A DNA stretch of 63,831 bases, filler included, from Octopus bimaculoides (lineage: Eukaryota), in NCBI RefSeq assembly GCF_001194135.2. It is 7 parts of 7 records of this genome, joined end to end, with 100 filler letters (N's around TTAATTAATTAA, not from the genome) between each part and the next. Parts side by side here need not be neighbours in the genome. Positions count along the whole stretch, not along the records: positions 30,468 to 43,200 come from NC_068998.1; positions 43,301 to 58,917 come from NC_069001.1; 5 more parts are not named here. One strand, given 5' to 3'. The stretch's first letter is position 1, and each line of letters begins with the position of its first letter. Position numbers and translations under genes: made by a program. Of this stretch, positions 38,120 to 52,514 are shown one piece after another. Under the pieces are notes generated by a model that was given only the letters and a program-made list of their open reading frames with translations, was not told where the DNA came from and ran no database searches.

Positions 38120-38138
38120 AAGAGAGAGAAGGGGAGAT

Positions 38139-38189
<51 letters not shown>

Positions 38190-38975
38190 CACATATATAT
38201 ATATACACACACATATACATACATACATATAAATAGATAGAGTGAGAGATATGTGTATTTACACACACATACATACATATATATGTATGTATGCATATAT
38301 ATGTATGGGTGTGTGTGTGTATATGAAGTTCCACCCTATCTCAATGTAATTCGCTTTCCTGCCAAACCAATTAAAAGACAATCTTTAAAAGTTAATAAAT
38401 GAAATTTCACTCCGACATTTCCTCATTTCTTAATTCGCGATTCTCTTTTATAAGGAAATAATTCGTTGAACGTAAATAACTTATCAATGTTTAAAGAGGG
38501 GGAGGGGGCGAAAAAGAAACACATACAAAGAAATAAATGTACACTTTCTTTCGTCTGGAATCCATTAATTTTCTCTTTAACCAATAAATGCTTGATGAGG
38601 TGACATCATCTTACGCAACTCTTTTTTTGAAAATGTTCAACTTTTCTTAATTTGTTGCATCAAAAGATTCGTCACAGTTCGGCGGTCGGGTGCCGGTCTA
38701 CTGGTGGTAGTTGCTTTCATCGTCTCATTACATCGGCAACATTGAATTCCATCGATATTGTTGTTGACCTCAAACACACACACACACGCACCACACAGAT
38801 CATCCCTGCTCCACTCGACGAAACTACGCCGAGTCTAATTTCCACGGCTGCTGAGACGATTACCATGTTTATTTGTCTTTCACCGTTAATCGTTTACGTG
38901 TTTCATTTCGATATTCCATATCTATGCGGTGGTGGTATTGGTGGTGGGTGCTATCCATATATGTACGCACTCGCA

Positions 38976-39009
<34 letters not shown>

Positions 39010-39156
39010 CGCAAGGCGTGGCTGTGTGGTAAGAGGTTTACTGCCCAACCATTTGTACCTGGGTTTAGTCCAATTGAGTGGCACCTTGGGCAAGTGTCAT
39101 CTACTATAGCCTCGGGCCGGCCAAAGACTTGTTAGTAGATATGGTAGACAGAAACT

Positions 39157-39200
<44 letters not shown>

Positions 39201-39496
39201 TCATAATGATATTATGATAAATATATGCTCAGTAGTTCTTTTTGGATATCTAAAGCAATACACATACATGCACACACACATACATACACACACACATACA
39301 TACACACACACATACATACACACACATTCATACACACACATACATACACACACACATACATACAGACAAATAGCACATACAGTAAAAACGCATGGATATC
39401 CAGTTATTTACGGTATTTTACGATGTTATATCATCAGTGATATCGTATAGTGATAGCTGGTTATAGTCTCTGGTTTGTATTAAATAGCAATATCAC

Positions 39497-39548
<52 letters not shown>

Positions 39549-41619
39549 NNNNNNNNNNNNNNNNNNNNNNNNNNNNNNNNNNNNNNNNNNNNNNNNNNNN
39601 NNNNNNNNNNNNNNNNNNNNNNNNNNNNNNNNNNNNNNNNNNNNNNNNNNNNNNNNNNNNNNNNNNNNNNNNNNNNNNNNNNNNNNNNNNNNNNNNNNNN
39701 NNNNNNNNNNNNNNNNNNNNNNNNNNNNNNNNNNNNNNNNNNNNNNNNNNNNNNNNNNNNNNNNNNNNNNNNNNNNNNNNNNNNNNNNNNNNNNNNNNNN
39801 NNNNNNNNNNNNNNNNNNNNNNNNNNNNNNNNNNNNNNNNNNNNNNNNNNNNNNNNNNNNNNNNNNNNNNNNNNNNNNNNNNNNNNNNNNNNNNNNNNNN
39901 NNNNNNNNNNNNNNNNNNNNNNNNNNNNNNNNNNNATATGTATGTATGTATACATATATTTATAATTTATATGCGTGTATATGCATAAATATCAATGCAT
40001 GCGAATGGCAGTGTCTGTATGATTGTATATATGCTTACTCTTTTATGTGTGTGTGTGTGTGTGTGTGTGCGCGTGTGTATTTATAATCGGGTATTCATCG
40101 TAGCAGTTATGTAAAATGCAATATGGCGGAAACCATTCGTATCTAAACGAACAAAAAATTTTACAGTTTACAGATGGCGACGCAAAAAAATAAAGCTGTC
40201 GCTTGTTTTGAAATTTCATGACGTAAGCATTTTTGTATTGCATTTCGTCTTAGGACGTTCTGATGGCCTCCATTTTATATCAACAGCTGAGTTTCTGTAT
40301 TCACATCAGGCTATGACTGAACGCATATTCCTCCCAGTTATGACACTTCTCTTAGTTTCAATATAAGATTGTGGAATGGTTCAACTTGGTTTGTAAAATA
40401 AGCAGCGAGATGGTTTCTGGTGACGTCATTTATGAACTTATTTAATTAATCATTTACTCTATATTCAATCAACAAGTCTGTAATAAATGTTACATTTCAG
40501 CACAAATCAATAATTAACTGATTAAATTTCGATTAGTTATTCTTTAAATTGTATTCGTATTTCATAATTTGATTTGGTTTAAGGCGACGAGTTGCCAGGA
40601 GCGTTATACGCCGGACAAAATGCTTAGCGGCATTCCGTCCATCTTTACGTTCTGAGTTCAAATTCCACCGAGGCCGATTTTGCTTTCTAGCCTTTCGGAG
40701 TCAATGAAATAAGTACCAGGTGAAGTACTGCGGTCGATGTAGTCAACGAGTCTCCTGCCCCAGAATTGCAGGCCTTGTGCTTATGGTAGAAAGGATTATT
40801 AAATTTGTGTGAGTGTGTGCGCGCGCGTGCGAATAATGTATCTATGTTCCTATGTATTTGTATACACATCAAATATCGTTCGTTGACTCAACAGAACTCT
40901 TCTGTTCCCTCTTGCTATCGAGTGTTAAGGGTTACCAGTTAGCAACAATTGAACCCTAACTTCCGAAGTTCATGACCCGCTTGTTTGTTTGTTTGGTTGT
41001 ATCTTTGTTTTCTGGGGGATTTTTTAACTTGTTTTTCCTTGCAGTAGCAGGATGCTGGATTCGAACCCAGAACCCATAGAGACAGACCAGACATTGGAAA
41101 AATATCTCTTTCGACATGTATTTCCGTGCCACCACTAGTTTCTGCTTCTGTGTGTGTGTCCGTCGGTCAGTGTATGTATGTGTTCGCATACATACTGTAC
41201 GTCTCCCTACGCACACATCTATGTGTGTTTGCGTGTATGAATGTGTGTGTGTGCGTGTGCGTGTGTATGTGTGTGTGTGTACCTGTCTGTGTAGATGTAC
41301 ATATGCGTTCTCTGCTGTACGTCCATGTACGTGAAATAGCAAAGGAAGGCTAAAATAGTTAATAATTCACAGAGATAAACATCAACTGGTGCCAATTCAA
41401 CGACATTCACCAACTTTTTTATGCACAAATACACTCTCCCCACTCTCCCCACTCTCTCCACTCTTTCTCCCTTTCTTTCTTCTGTCTCTGCCTCTCTCTC
41501 TCTCTCTCTCTCTCTCCCCCCCCCTTTCTGTCTTTTTCTCTCTCTTTCTGTCTCGCTCTCTCCCCTTCTTTTTCTCACTACGTATCTATGACTTACAAGC
41601 TTATTCTGTGGTATCTGCC

Positions 41620-41690
<71 letters not shown>

Positions 41691-42006
41691 ACACACACAC
41701 AAACGCACATACATATATATGAATATGTGTGGTGTGGCCCTGTGTGTATGTGGGTGTATGTGTTGTTGAAGTTCAGCGCGGTTACGTGTGTGTGTGTGTA
41801 TGTGTGAGTGTGCGTGCGTGCGTGTGTGGATGTATGTATACGTATATGTGTATACACACACATGGCTCTATGTGCATGTGCATATTATTATGTGTGCGTG
41901 TATAATATAAATATGTGTGTGTGTGTGTGTGTGTGCGGGTAAGTGCATAGTTTAAGTATAGCATCGATAGAGTTAGAGAGATACAAAGAGAGAGAAAGAT
42001 GAATAG

Positions 42007-42073
<67 letters not shown>

Positions 42074-42090
42074 TAGAGAGATAGATAGAG

Positions 42091-42123
<33 letters not shown>

Positions 42124-45100
42124 CACACACACACACACACCATCACCACCACCACAAACACATATATATATATATACGTGCATACACACAGACATACAGA
42201 CATCTTCGCTCTCTCTGTCTCCTTCGCTCCTTCTCCTCAGCCCTCTCCCCACTCCCTCAAACTTCTCACATCTTTCCAGACACATTCTATAATCACAAAC
42301 ATCTTTCTGCCGTCCATTAATCCTTTGGACGTTTCCAGAAACGCTCCAACGAACCTTCCGCCGCGCCACCACCACCACCACCACCACCATCTCACACAAC
42401 CTCACTAATACATCACTGTACTATCGTACAAATACTATCGCACTTAATGTCATCATCATCACCACCACCACCACCACCGACACCGTCACAGCATCGTGGT
42501 CGTCATCATCATCATCATCACCAACAACAACAGCAACAACATACAAAGTCCTGCCATAAATGTCATTATGCACATCACTTGTTGATACTAATATTGCTGT
42601 TGTTGTTGTTGATGGTGGTGGTCGTGGTGGTAGTGGTGGTGGTCGTCGTCGCAGCAGTCTTGATGTTGTTAGTGGGGGGGGGGACTAGTGTTGGTGTGAG
42701 AGTAATATTGCTTGTGGTGTGGTATTGGTACTGTTGTTGTTATAGTTTGCAGTGGTGGTGGTGGTGGTGGTGGTGGTAGCGGCGTTGGCGGTGGTGGAGT
42801 TTGATGGTAATGAGGGTGATCAAACCCCCAAGGGGAGAGGAAGAAAGAGGAGATGTGAACGACGAATATTAATTAGTATTTTTATTTCTGCCCATTTCAG
42901 TGAAGAGTTTGTGATATGTGGATGAGTGTGACTCAGCCAGTGAGTGTAGAAGTGTTTGAAGGGTGAGTGGAGGGTAGACGACTTGCTGGAGAAGAGAGTG
43001 TGAGCAGAATATACATGAGTGGAGTGTAGAAGACTGAGCTAAGAGACGGTTGTCAAGCGGTGATGGGGACAAACACAGACCCAAAGATATACAATACATA
43101 TGAGTGTGTGTGTGTGTGTGTGTGTGTGTTTGTGTGGAGTGTTAGATGTAGTGTACAGATATTGTACAAAAACAACCCCAACAACAACGATCTCCTTTTC
43201 NNNNNNNNNNNNNNNNNNNNNNNNNNNNNNNNNNNNNNNNNNNNTTAATTAATTAANNNNNNNNNNNNNNNNNNNNNNNNNNNNNNNNNNNNNNNNNNNN
43301 ATATACATAATATATACACATATATGATTAAATATTATCTCATATGTTCAGTATAATCTACATTGTGCTAATCAATCATTCCCATCATCACCACCACTCT
43401 TAAGACAATGGTTTCCACCGAACGCCCCCTGAGAGAGAAAAAGAGAATCCAATCTCTCTCTTCGCTCATACCAGCTGATACCTAAGACATCCAGACTTCA
43501 ATCTGACTTGGCCTTCTTCCAGCTCTAAATATCCTTAATGGATAGCGAAACCTCAACACCGGCCCTGCTAACTCACAAATGTCTAATTTAATAAAACACC
43601 ATTGCCATCACCACTACTAACACCACCACCACCACCATGCTACTACCACTGCTGCCACCACGATCATCACTCCCTCACCATCACCACCACACTTCTACTA
43701 CCATCACTACCACCAGCATAAACCATCAACACTACCGCCATCATCACCACCATCACGGATACTACCACTGCCGCCACCACAATCATGCCTACCATCACCA
43801 CCACCACCACCATCACCACACCACTACCACCATCATCATCACTACTACCACCATGAGAAACCATCACTACCACCAGCATAAACCATCAACACTACCACCA
43901 TCACCAATACTACCATCACAAGTACCACCACCACCATCATCACAGCACACCACTACCACCACCATCACTATCGCTAATGGAATACCAGAATTCATTGTGA
44001 TTTCGAAACACTGGCAAAGTTCACCTTAACATAGGTGCATGCATAGTAGTGTGGTCAAGCAGCTCACTTTGCAACCACATGGTTTTGGGTTTAGACCCAC
44101 TGCGTGGCACCTTTGGCAGATGTCTTCTACTATAGCTCCAGACTGACCAGTGCCTTGTGAGAGGATGTGGTAGGTGGAAACTACGTGAAAACCTGTCATG
44201 TATATATGCCACAGAACATCCCAAAACTAGACAGCAACATCTAAGCATTATCTAAGCTTAATACGATTATATATGAAGAAAAACAATGTAAGTAATCTCC
44301 ATAAATACTAGAATGAAGGACAACTCAGAATAACAAAACAAAGATATTTAAAAAATCCACAAACATGTGTATTCTCATTCCACTACCACCACCGGACAAC
44401 TGGTGTTGGTTTGATTTCATCTCCATAATTTACGAGTTTGGCAAAAAAGACCAACAGCATAAATACTAGACTTTAACAAAAAAAAAACACAAAGTACTGG
44501 GGTAGATTTGTTTGACTAGAACCCTTTAACCTTTAGCATGCTGTAGATGCATAATATCGCAATATGAGTTTTCTCCCTTCTCAATGGCATACAGTGAGCC
44601 TCATATGGACTCTGGTTGAAAACCACTGCCCTAATCAACAGTTACAGCCCCAAAATATCCACTGAGATAAAAACACTTGCAAAAAACTTCCAAACATAAC
44701 AACCAAACACCAGGATCGAACCCAGAACTCCATGTAGTCACAAAACAAACTTCTTAACCATGTGGCAACACTTCCACATAGCCATTCAATGTTTAAGAAT
44801 CCTATAATATTTTTATAATTAAGCATCATTAAGAATTCTTTTATCTTTTACTTGTTTCAGTCATTTAACTGTGGCCATGCTGGGGCACCACCATGACAAA
44901 TTTTTAGTTGAATAAATTGACCGCTAATATTTTTTTTCTTTTTCAAGCCTGGCACTTATTCTATCTGTCTCATTTGCTGAACTGCTAAGTTACAGGGACA
45001 TAAACACTGGTTGTCAAGTAGTGGAGGGAGGACAGACAAAGACACAAAGACACACACACACATATATATACAATAGGCTTCTTTCAGTTTCCTTCTATGA

Positions 45101-45882
45101 AATCCACTCACAAGGCTTTGGTCAGCCTGAGGCTATAGCAGAAGACACTTGCCCAAAGGTGCCATGCAGTGGGACTGAACTCAGAACCATATAAGTTCGG
45201 AAGCAAGCTTTTAACCACACAACCACACCAAGGTGCCACACAGTGGGACTGAACCCAGAAGAACCGTGCGGTTCGGAAGCAAGCTTCTTACCACACAGCC
45301 ACGCCTGCGCAAACTTCTTAACCAAGAGGCAACACCTACACCTAAAACGGAATGATCTAATAAAGAGCCGCTGGGTAAGTAGCATCATGAGAGAAGAAAG
45401 GAAGAAAACGAAGATCGTCTCAGCACTAAATGAAACAGCACCAGTTACATAAAACACGAATGAGACAAACCAAAGACAGCCAGGCAATACAAACTGCTGG
45501 AATATTATTGATATTGTGGAGATTAGAGCTGACAACGATTTCTTGGTTTGGTTGTCGGTTTGGTTTGGTTTGGTTTGGGGGCTGGTTTTATTTTTAGTTA
45601 TTTTTGTTTGTTTGTGATGAATTTTTAAAATTTTTATTTTATTGTTGTCTGCAGCTTGTTTGTTGGTTATACTAATAAACAGACCAAACACCCACTCACA
45701 CACACACAGACACACACACACAAACATACAAGCACCTACCCACCCACTCACCAGCACATACACACACACAGATGGTGCCACACTTCTCTGTGCCCTCACC
45801 TCCACCTGCCACATTTATCACACTGTTCCAGCAACCAGTGGAATACACACACAGTTAAAACTTCTTGCAGCCAGACTCGTAC

Positions 45883-45930
<48 letters not shown>

Positions 45931-46086
45931 TGAGTGAATATGCACACACATATACTACACATGTTCACACACATAACAATGAGTGTTTATTGTATAGTGC
46001 TCAAGATACATATATATGTACAAACATATACCTACATATGCAAACATACAAATATACGCAGATAGACATACATACATACATATAAA

Positions 46087-46137
<51 letters not shown>

Positions 46138-46634
46138 NNNNNNNNNNNNNNNNNNNNNNNNNNNNNNNNNNNNNNNNNNNNNNNNNNNNNNNNNNNNNNN
46201 NNNNNNNNNNNNNNNNNNNNNNNNNNNNNNNNNNNNNNNNNNNNNNNNNNNNNNNNNNNNNNNNNNNNNNNNNNNNNNNNNNNNNNNNNNNNNNNNNNNN
46301 NNNNNNNNNNNNNNNNNNNNNNNNNNNNNNNNNNNNNNNNNNNNNNNNNNNNNNNNNNNNNNNNNNNNNNNNNNNNNNNNNNNNNNNNNNNNNNNNNNNN
46401 NNNNNNNNNNNNNNNNNNNNNNNNNNNNNNNNNNNNNNNNNNNNNNNNNNNNNNNNNNNNNNNNNNNNNNNNNNNCAAATCGTCCAACCCATGCTAGCAT
46501 GGAAAGCGGACGTTAAACGATGATGATGACATACATACATATTTATTTATTTATGTGTTTCAGCCAAGTGGCTGCGGTCATGCTGGTGCATACATATATA
46601 TATATATCTACATACATACATATATATATATATC

Positions 46635-46678
<44 letters not shown>

Positions 46679-48498
46679 CACACACACGCACACACACACA
46701 CATGCATATATATTTGTATGTAGATAGATTCACAGACACGCATGTATCCAGATGTTTGTGTGTGAGTGTGTGTAAATGTGTTTCATGTAACTGAGTATAC
46801 CATTACTATAGAACCAAAGAGGAAGATGGGAAGGATCTACTTCTGTTATGTACTGAGGCAATGTGTGTGCATGCGTATGTGTGTGTGTGTGATGGTGTGC
46901 ATGAGTGTATACGTGCGCGTGCATTGTATGACGTGGGAGTAAGTGCCCCCGGGGTTAGCAAGGAGCTAGCTGATAGTCGAGGATAGTGTTACTGTTATAG
47001 GTTGTCTTACAGACTGTTTAGAAAGTTCAAGTTTGGAGAAATACCGTGGCTCATGGGAAAAGGAGTGTGGTGACGATGAGGAAGAAGAGGAGGATGAAGA
47101 AAAAGTCTGGCGTATAAAACAGAATGAAAAATGGGAGGAAAGAAAAAGAAAAAAACGACAAAGTAAACGAGTGGAAATAATGGGAAGTAGTGGGTGGGGA
47201 GTGGAGGGAATGGTTATGAAGGAAAGTCGGAGAAGAAAAGTTGAAGAAATGTCAAAGACGAAAAAGGAATGTCAAAGATTAAAATGCCGTTCCTCTCAAA
47301 ATTACTGACCTTGTGCCAAAATCAGAAACCATTATTATTATTACTATTATTATTAAGGCAGTGAGCTGGCAGAACCGTTAGCACACCGGACGAAATGCTT
47401 AGCGGTATTTTGTCTGCCGCTATGTTCTGAATTCAAATTAGTTCCGTTGAGGTCAACTTTGCCTTTGATCCTTTCGGTATCAATAAATTAAGTACCGGTT
47501 GAGTACTGGGTTGATGTAATCGACTTGCCCCCTTCCCCAAAAAAATTTCAGGTCTTGTGCCTATAGTAGAAAGGATTATTATTATTATTATTATTAAGGT
47601 GGCGAGCTGGCTGAATCATTAGCACGCTGGGCAAAATGCTTAGTGGTATTTCGTCTGTCTTCATGTTCTGAGTTCAAATGCTGCCAGGGTTGACTGCCTT
47701 TCATCTTTTTGGGGTCGATAAATTAAGTACCAGATACGCACTGGGGTCAATGTAATTGACTAGTCCCCTCCCCAAAATTTCAGGCCTTGTGCCTATAGAA
47801 GAAAGGATTATTATTATCATTATTATTATTATTATTATTTTTATTTTTTTTTTTTTTATTATTAATATTATTAAGGGTGGTGTCCTAGCAGAATCATTAG
47901 TGTATTGGACAAAATGCTTAGCAGTAATTCACACAGACCTTTACATTCTAAGTTCAAATTCTAACGAGGTCAGCTTTGCCATTCCTCCTCCCAGGGTAAA
48001 TAAAATGAAATATCTGTTGAGCACTGAGTTGGATTACATCCACCCTTCTATTAATTAAGTACCAGTTACATACTGGAGTCGATCAAATCAACTGCCCCAC
48101 CCCCCTCCTCCAAAATTTCAGGCTTGTGCCTATAGTAGAAAGGATTATTATTCTTGTTATTGTTATTACTATTATTTAAGCGGTGTACTGGCAGAATTGT
48201 TAGTGTGTTGAGTAAAATGTTTATGGTGATGGTAGTGTTGATGGTGATGATATTTGTGATGGTGATAATGCAGAAAGTAGTAGTAATAGCTGTTGTTGTA
48301 GAGGCAGCAGCAACAGTGGTGGTAGCTGTGGTAGCAGAGGTAACAGTGCTGCTATTACAACCAGCTATACGTGAAATGGGATGAGAGCCAAGACTGATTA
48401 TAGCAGAACGGGGATACACACCCTTATGACTAACCACAACAGATTTCGTAACATTTCACATATGTCATGTGACTTTCAAACAACAACAACACACAACA

Positions 48499-48550
<52 letters not shown>

Positions 48551-48633
48551 CAACATTCTCAATCTTCCTTTACCCTAGACATTATGTATATATATATATT
48601 TATATACATTGATATACACATATATATAAATCT

Positions 48634-48668
<35 letters not shown>

Positions 48669-48890
48669 NNNNNNNNNNNNNNNNNNNNNNNNNNNNNNNN
48701 NNNNNNNNNNNNNNNNNNNNNNNNNNNNNNNNNNNNNNNNNNNNNNNNNNNNNNNNNNNNNNNNNNNNNNNNNNNNNNNNNNNNNNNNNNNNNNNNNNNN
48801 NNNNNNNNNNNNNNNNNNNNNNNNNNNNNNNNNNNNNNNNNNNNNNNNNNNNNNNNNNNNNNNNNNNNNNNNNNNNNNNNNNNNNNNNNN

Positions 48891-48961
<71 letters not shown>

Positions 48962-49139
48962 CATACATATATGAATATTATTTATAAACATTAAGCAACA
49001 AAATATCACTGTGCACCATATCTGTGAATGTATGTGTATGTACACCTGTGTGCATGTAAGTGGACGTGTATACATATGTGTCTCTGTGCATGTATAATAT
49101 ATATACAAATGATAAGTGAGCATATGCATATATACATAC

Positions 49140-49179
<40 letters not shown>

Positions 49180-49519
49180 TCAATCCACACACATTGTATG
49201 CATACCAACATATACACACCTATGCATGTACACACATTTGTGTTTATATATATATATATGTGTGTGTGTCTGTGCTTCTTGTATTTCTTACTAAGAAAAA
49301 TAGCTCAAAACACATTTTAGTAAAGAGTACAACCATGACAATCACATCATAATTATATCTGACAGCCTCATTGCTCATAAAGTCATTCCATTTGACGTCT
49401 AGTATTTCCCAAAATTGACTTCAGCAGGATTTGAGCTCAGAACATAAAGAGCTGGAAGAAATACTGCAAAGCATTTTAACCCATAGCTCTAACAATCCTG
49501 CTAATCCACTTCCCTAAAT

Positions 49520-49906
49520 GTTGTTGTTGGCACTCCGTCGCTTATGACGTCGAGGGTTCCAGTTGATCCGATCAATGGAACAGCCTGCTCGTGAAATCAA
49601 TGTGCAAGTGGCTGAGCACTCCACAGACACGTGTACCTTTAACGTAGTTCTCGAGGATACTCAGCGTGACACAGTGTGACAAGGCTGACCCTTTTGAATT
49701 ACAGGCACAACAGAAACAGGAAGTAAGAGTGAGAGAAAGTTGTGGTGAAAGAATACAGCAGGGTTCACCACCATCCCCTGCCGGAGCCTCGTGGAGCTTT
49801 AGGTGTTTTCGCTCAATAAACACTCACAACGCCCGGTCTGGGAATCGAAACCGCGATCCTATGACCGCGAGTCAGCTGCCCTAACCACTGGGCCATTGCG
49901 CCTCCA
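49520..49906 (-). mobile_element. Complete young tRNA-derived SINE family C
   Basis: 13-bp TSD CACTTCCCTAAAT at 49507-49519 and 49907-49919. A box TGGCCCAGTGG, B box GTTTCGATTCC, (AAC)n tail. The 3' end recurs at 60516-60560. Confidence 0.88.
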
Positions 49907-50299
49907 CACTTCCCTAAATACCAACACAATAACAAGAAAGTTATTTTACTAAACTCTTTCCAATTATTGATTATTTTCAAAATTAATTGAAACACGAAGG
50001 CAGCGTATTTTGCTGGTAATATGGCCACAGAAGGGTTCATTGACCTTTAAGGAATTACTGCTATCTCAGCAAAATATTCTTTGAAATTTTACAGTCAAAA
50101 CATTTCAGAGAAATTATTCTGTTTGACACAAGTCAGTCTAGATTCGTTTAAGTTAAACGGAACAAAGAAACTGTATCATGATATGGAATGCTCAAGAAAA
50201 GGGACAGGGCGAGGGGTGAGATGGGGGTGAGGGTCATTGTTGGAGCGTCTTTGATCAAAGATCTGCTCAGGTAGAGCCAACTTGGAGCTGAACAACAAC

Positions 50300-50905
50300 A
50301 ATACTGCCACCGCCACCATCATCATCATTTCTAACATCACCACCATCACTGCAACCATCACCATCATCACATCAGCATCATCATGAACATCACATCCACT
50401 ACCACCAGCATCCCACCCCCACAACCATCATCATCACTATTATGGTTAGTTTCACTACAACTATCACCGACATCATACCATCAGCACCATTACATCACCA
50501 CCACCACCACCAGCTACCATTATCATCATCAACACCACCACGACGAACATCACCACATCCATAACCACCACCACCACCACCACCACTATTGTCATCACTA
50601 CTACCACCAACACCACTTATTCCACTACCAACATCCTCATCGCATCTACCATCAACATTATAATTATGACTACCATCATGACCACCACCAACATCATCAC
50701 AACCACTACCATTATCACCAAAATCATCATCACCACCATTATCACCATCATCATCACCACAACCATCACCATCATTACTGCAACCATCACCAATATCAAC
50801 AGCATCACCACAAACATCTGCACATCCATCATCACCACCACCACCACCACCACCACCTATCAGTGGCACAGGAACCACCACCAACACCACCACCACCAAT
50901 CCAAC
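50300..50905. repeat. Degenerate (CAC/CAT)n low-complexity tract
   Basis: Mixed cac/cat/cca trinucleotides generate the poly-His, Thr and Val ORFs. Similar tracts at 42360-42800 and 43600-43980. Confidence 0.85.
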
Positions 50906-52514
50906 ACCTAAATCTGGTTTGTAAAGCTGCTAAGTGGAAGTCTGTGTACAATGTCCAATTGCCTCTTGGGTCGATTCTGATATTGAAAACCAATTATTTT
51001 AGTGGAACTGGCGCGAACATAGAAGACAACGACAAAGATTCCCCCACTAAGTTCTTCACCAGATGTTATGTCCTCAGCTCTTCAATCTCTATTGATTTTT
51101 AATAGATTCTTTGACAAGCCAAAACACCAGCAACCCTTCTGAGTCTGGACCACAAATGACAGGCCTTAACATGATGTAGTGTGCCACGAGTGGGAGCATT
51201 GCTTTGTCATGTCATCTATTACTATTGTTGCAACAATCACCACCAGAGTTATTTACCGCCATCACTACTGTCACCCATACTGCCCCATTATGTCGACCAC
51301 AACAAAATTTACCAAAACTATCACCATTCACCACTAGCATCTCCAAGGCCACCTTATCATTCTATTTCTTTATTGTCCACAAGGGGCTAAACATAGAGGG
51401 GACAAACAAGAACAGACAAATGGATTAAGTCGGTTACATCGACCTCAGTGCATAACTGGTACTTGATTTATCGACCCCGGAAGGATGAAAGGCAAAGTCG
51501 ACCTCGGCGGAATTTGAACTCAGAATGTAACGGCAGACGAAATACCGCTAAGCATTTCGCTCGGTGTGCTAACGTTTCTGCCAGCTAGCCGCCTTTCAGT
51601 TTCTTCTTACAGTTTCTATCTAACAAATCCACTCACAGAGTTTTGGTTGACCCAGGATTGGAACAGAAAACATCAGCCCAAGGCACTGCACAGTGGGACT
51701 GAACCCAGAACCATATGGACAGAAAGTGAACCTCTTTACTACACAATTAGGCCAACACCTATTAATACATACAAACACACACATATATATATTCTTTTAT
51801 TCTTTTACTTGTTTCAGTCATTTGACTGTGGCCATGCTGGAGCACCACATTGAAGAGTTTTAGTCGAGCAAATCAACCCTAGGACTTATTTTTTTAAGCC
51901 TAGTACTTATTCCATTGGTCTCTTTTTGCCAAACCGCTAAGTTATGGGGATGTAAACACACCAACACCGGTTGTCAAGCAGTGATGGTGGGCACAAATTC
52001 AGATGCAAAGACACACAAACATAGATATATACATATATACATACATGATGGACTTCTTTAGGTTTTTTTGTCTACTAAATCCACTCACAAGGCTTTGGTC
52101 AGCCCAAGGCTATAATATAAGACACCTGCCCAAGGTCCCACGCAGTGGGACTGAACTCAGAACCATATTGTCGGAAAGCAAGCTTCTTACCACACAGCCA
52201 CGCCTGCGCAATATATAACCACAAACAAAGAGATCATCAGACATTGCGAGGGCCAAATGATTGTCTTCTGTGAACTCATTAATTGAGTTGTCGTCATCGC
52301 TGCTGACATAGTTGTCCGTGACGTCAGTGTCGCCTTCATCATCATCATCATCATAATGATGACGATAATAATGGTGATGATGATGATGATGATGAATGTT
52401 GTGAAGATAATGTTCTCTTCTGCTCAGCTAAGCTTGAAGTGAAGCAGTGCAAAACAACAGCTCAGTTCTCTTAACCCACACTCTAATGACACATACATTA
52501 TTAACACACATTTT

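Larger units (their letters stand above)
30960..42130. repeat. Dense field of (CA)n, (TA)n, (GA)n, (GATA)n and (CATA)n microsatellites with gaps
   Basis: Directly visible. Explains most HTHT/CVCV/YIYI/SLSL ORFs in the track. Confidence 0.95.

Noticed and set aside
40174-40222. ATGGCG-initiated first coding exon candidate
   Set aside because: The ATG frame stops after 15 codons, before the GTAAGC donor. Kept only as a YY1-type motif.
43470-43590. Minus-strand exon-like segment
   Set aside because: The only long open frame ends in TAG at the putative donor, and there is no partner exon.
49820-49906. tRNA-like sequence
   Set aside because: It is the head of a TSD-flanked SINE with no proper cloverleaf 3' end.
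50383-51102. 239-aa poly-His ORF
   Set aside because: Generated by degenerate CAC/CAT repeats that are open in several frames on both strands; the tail has no recognisable domain.
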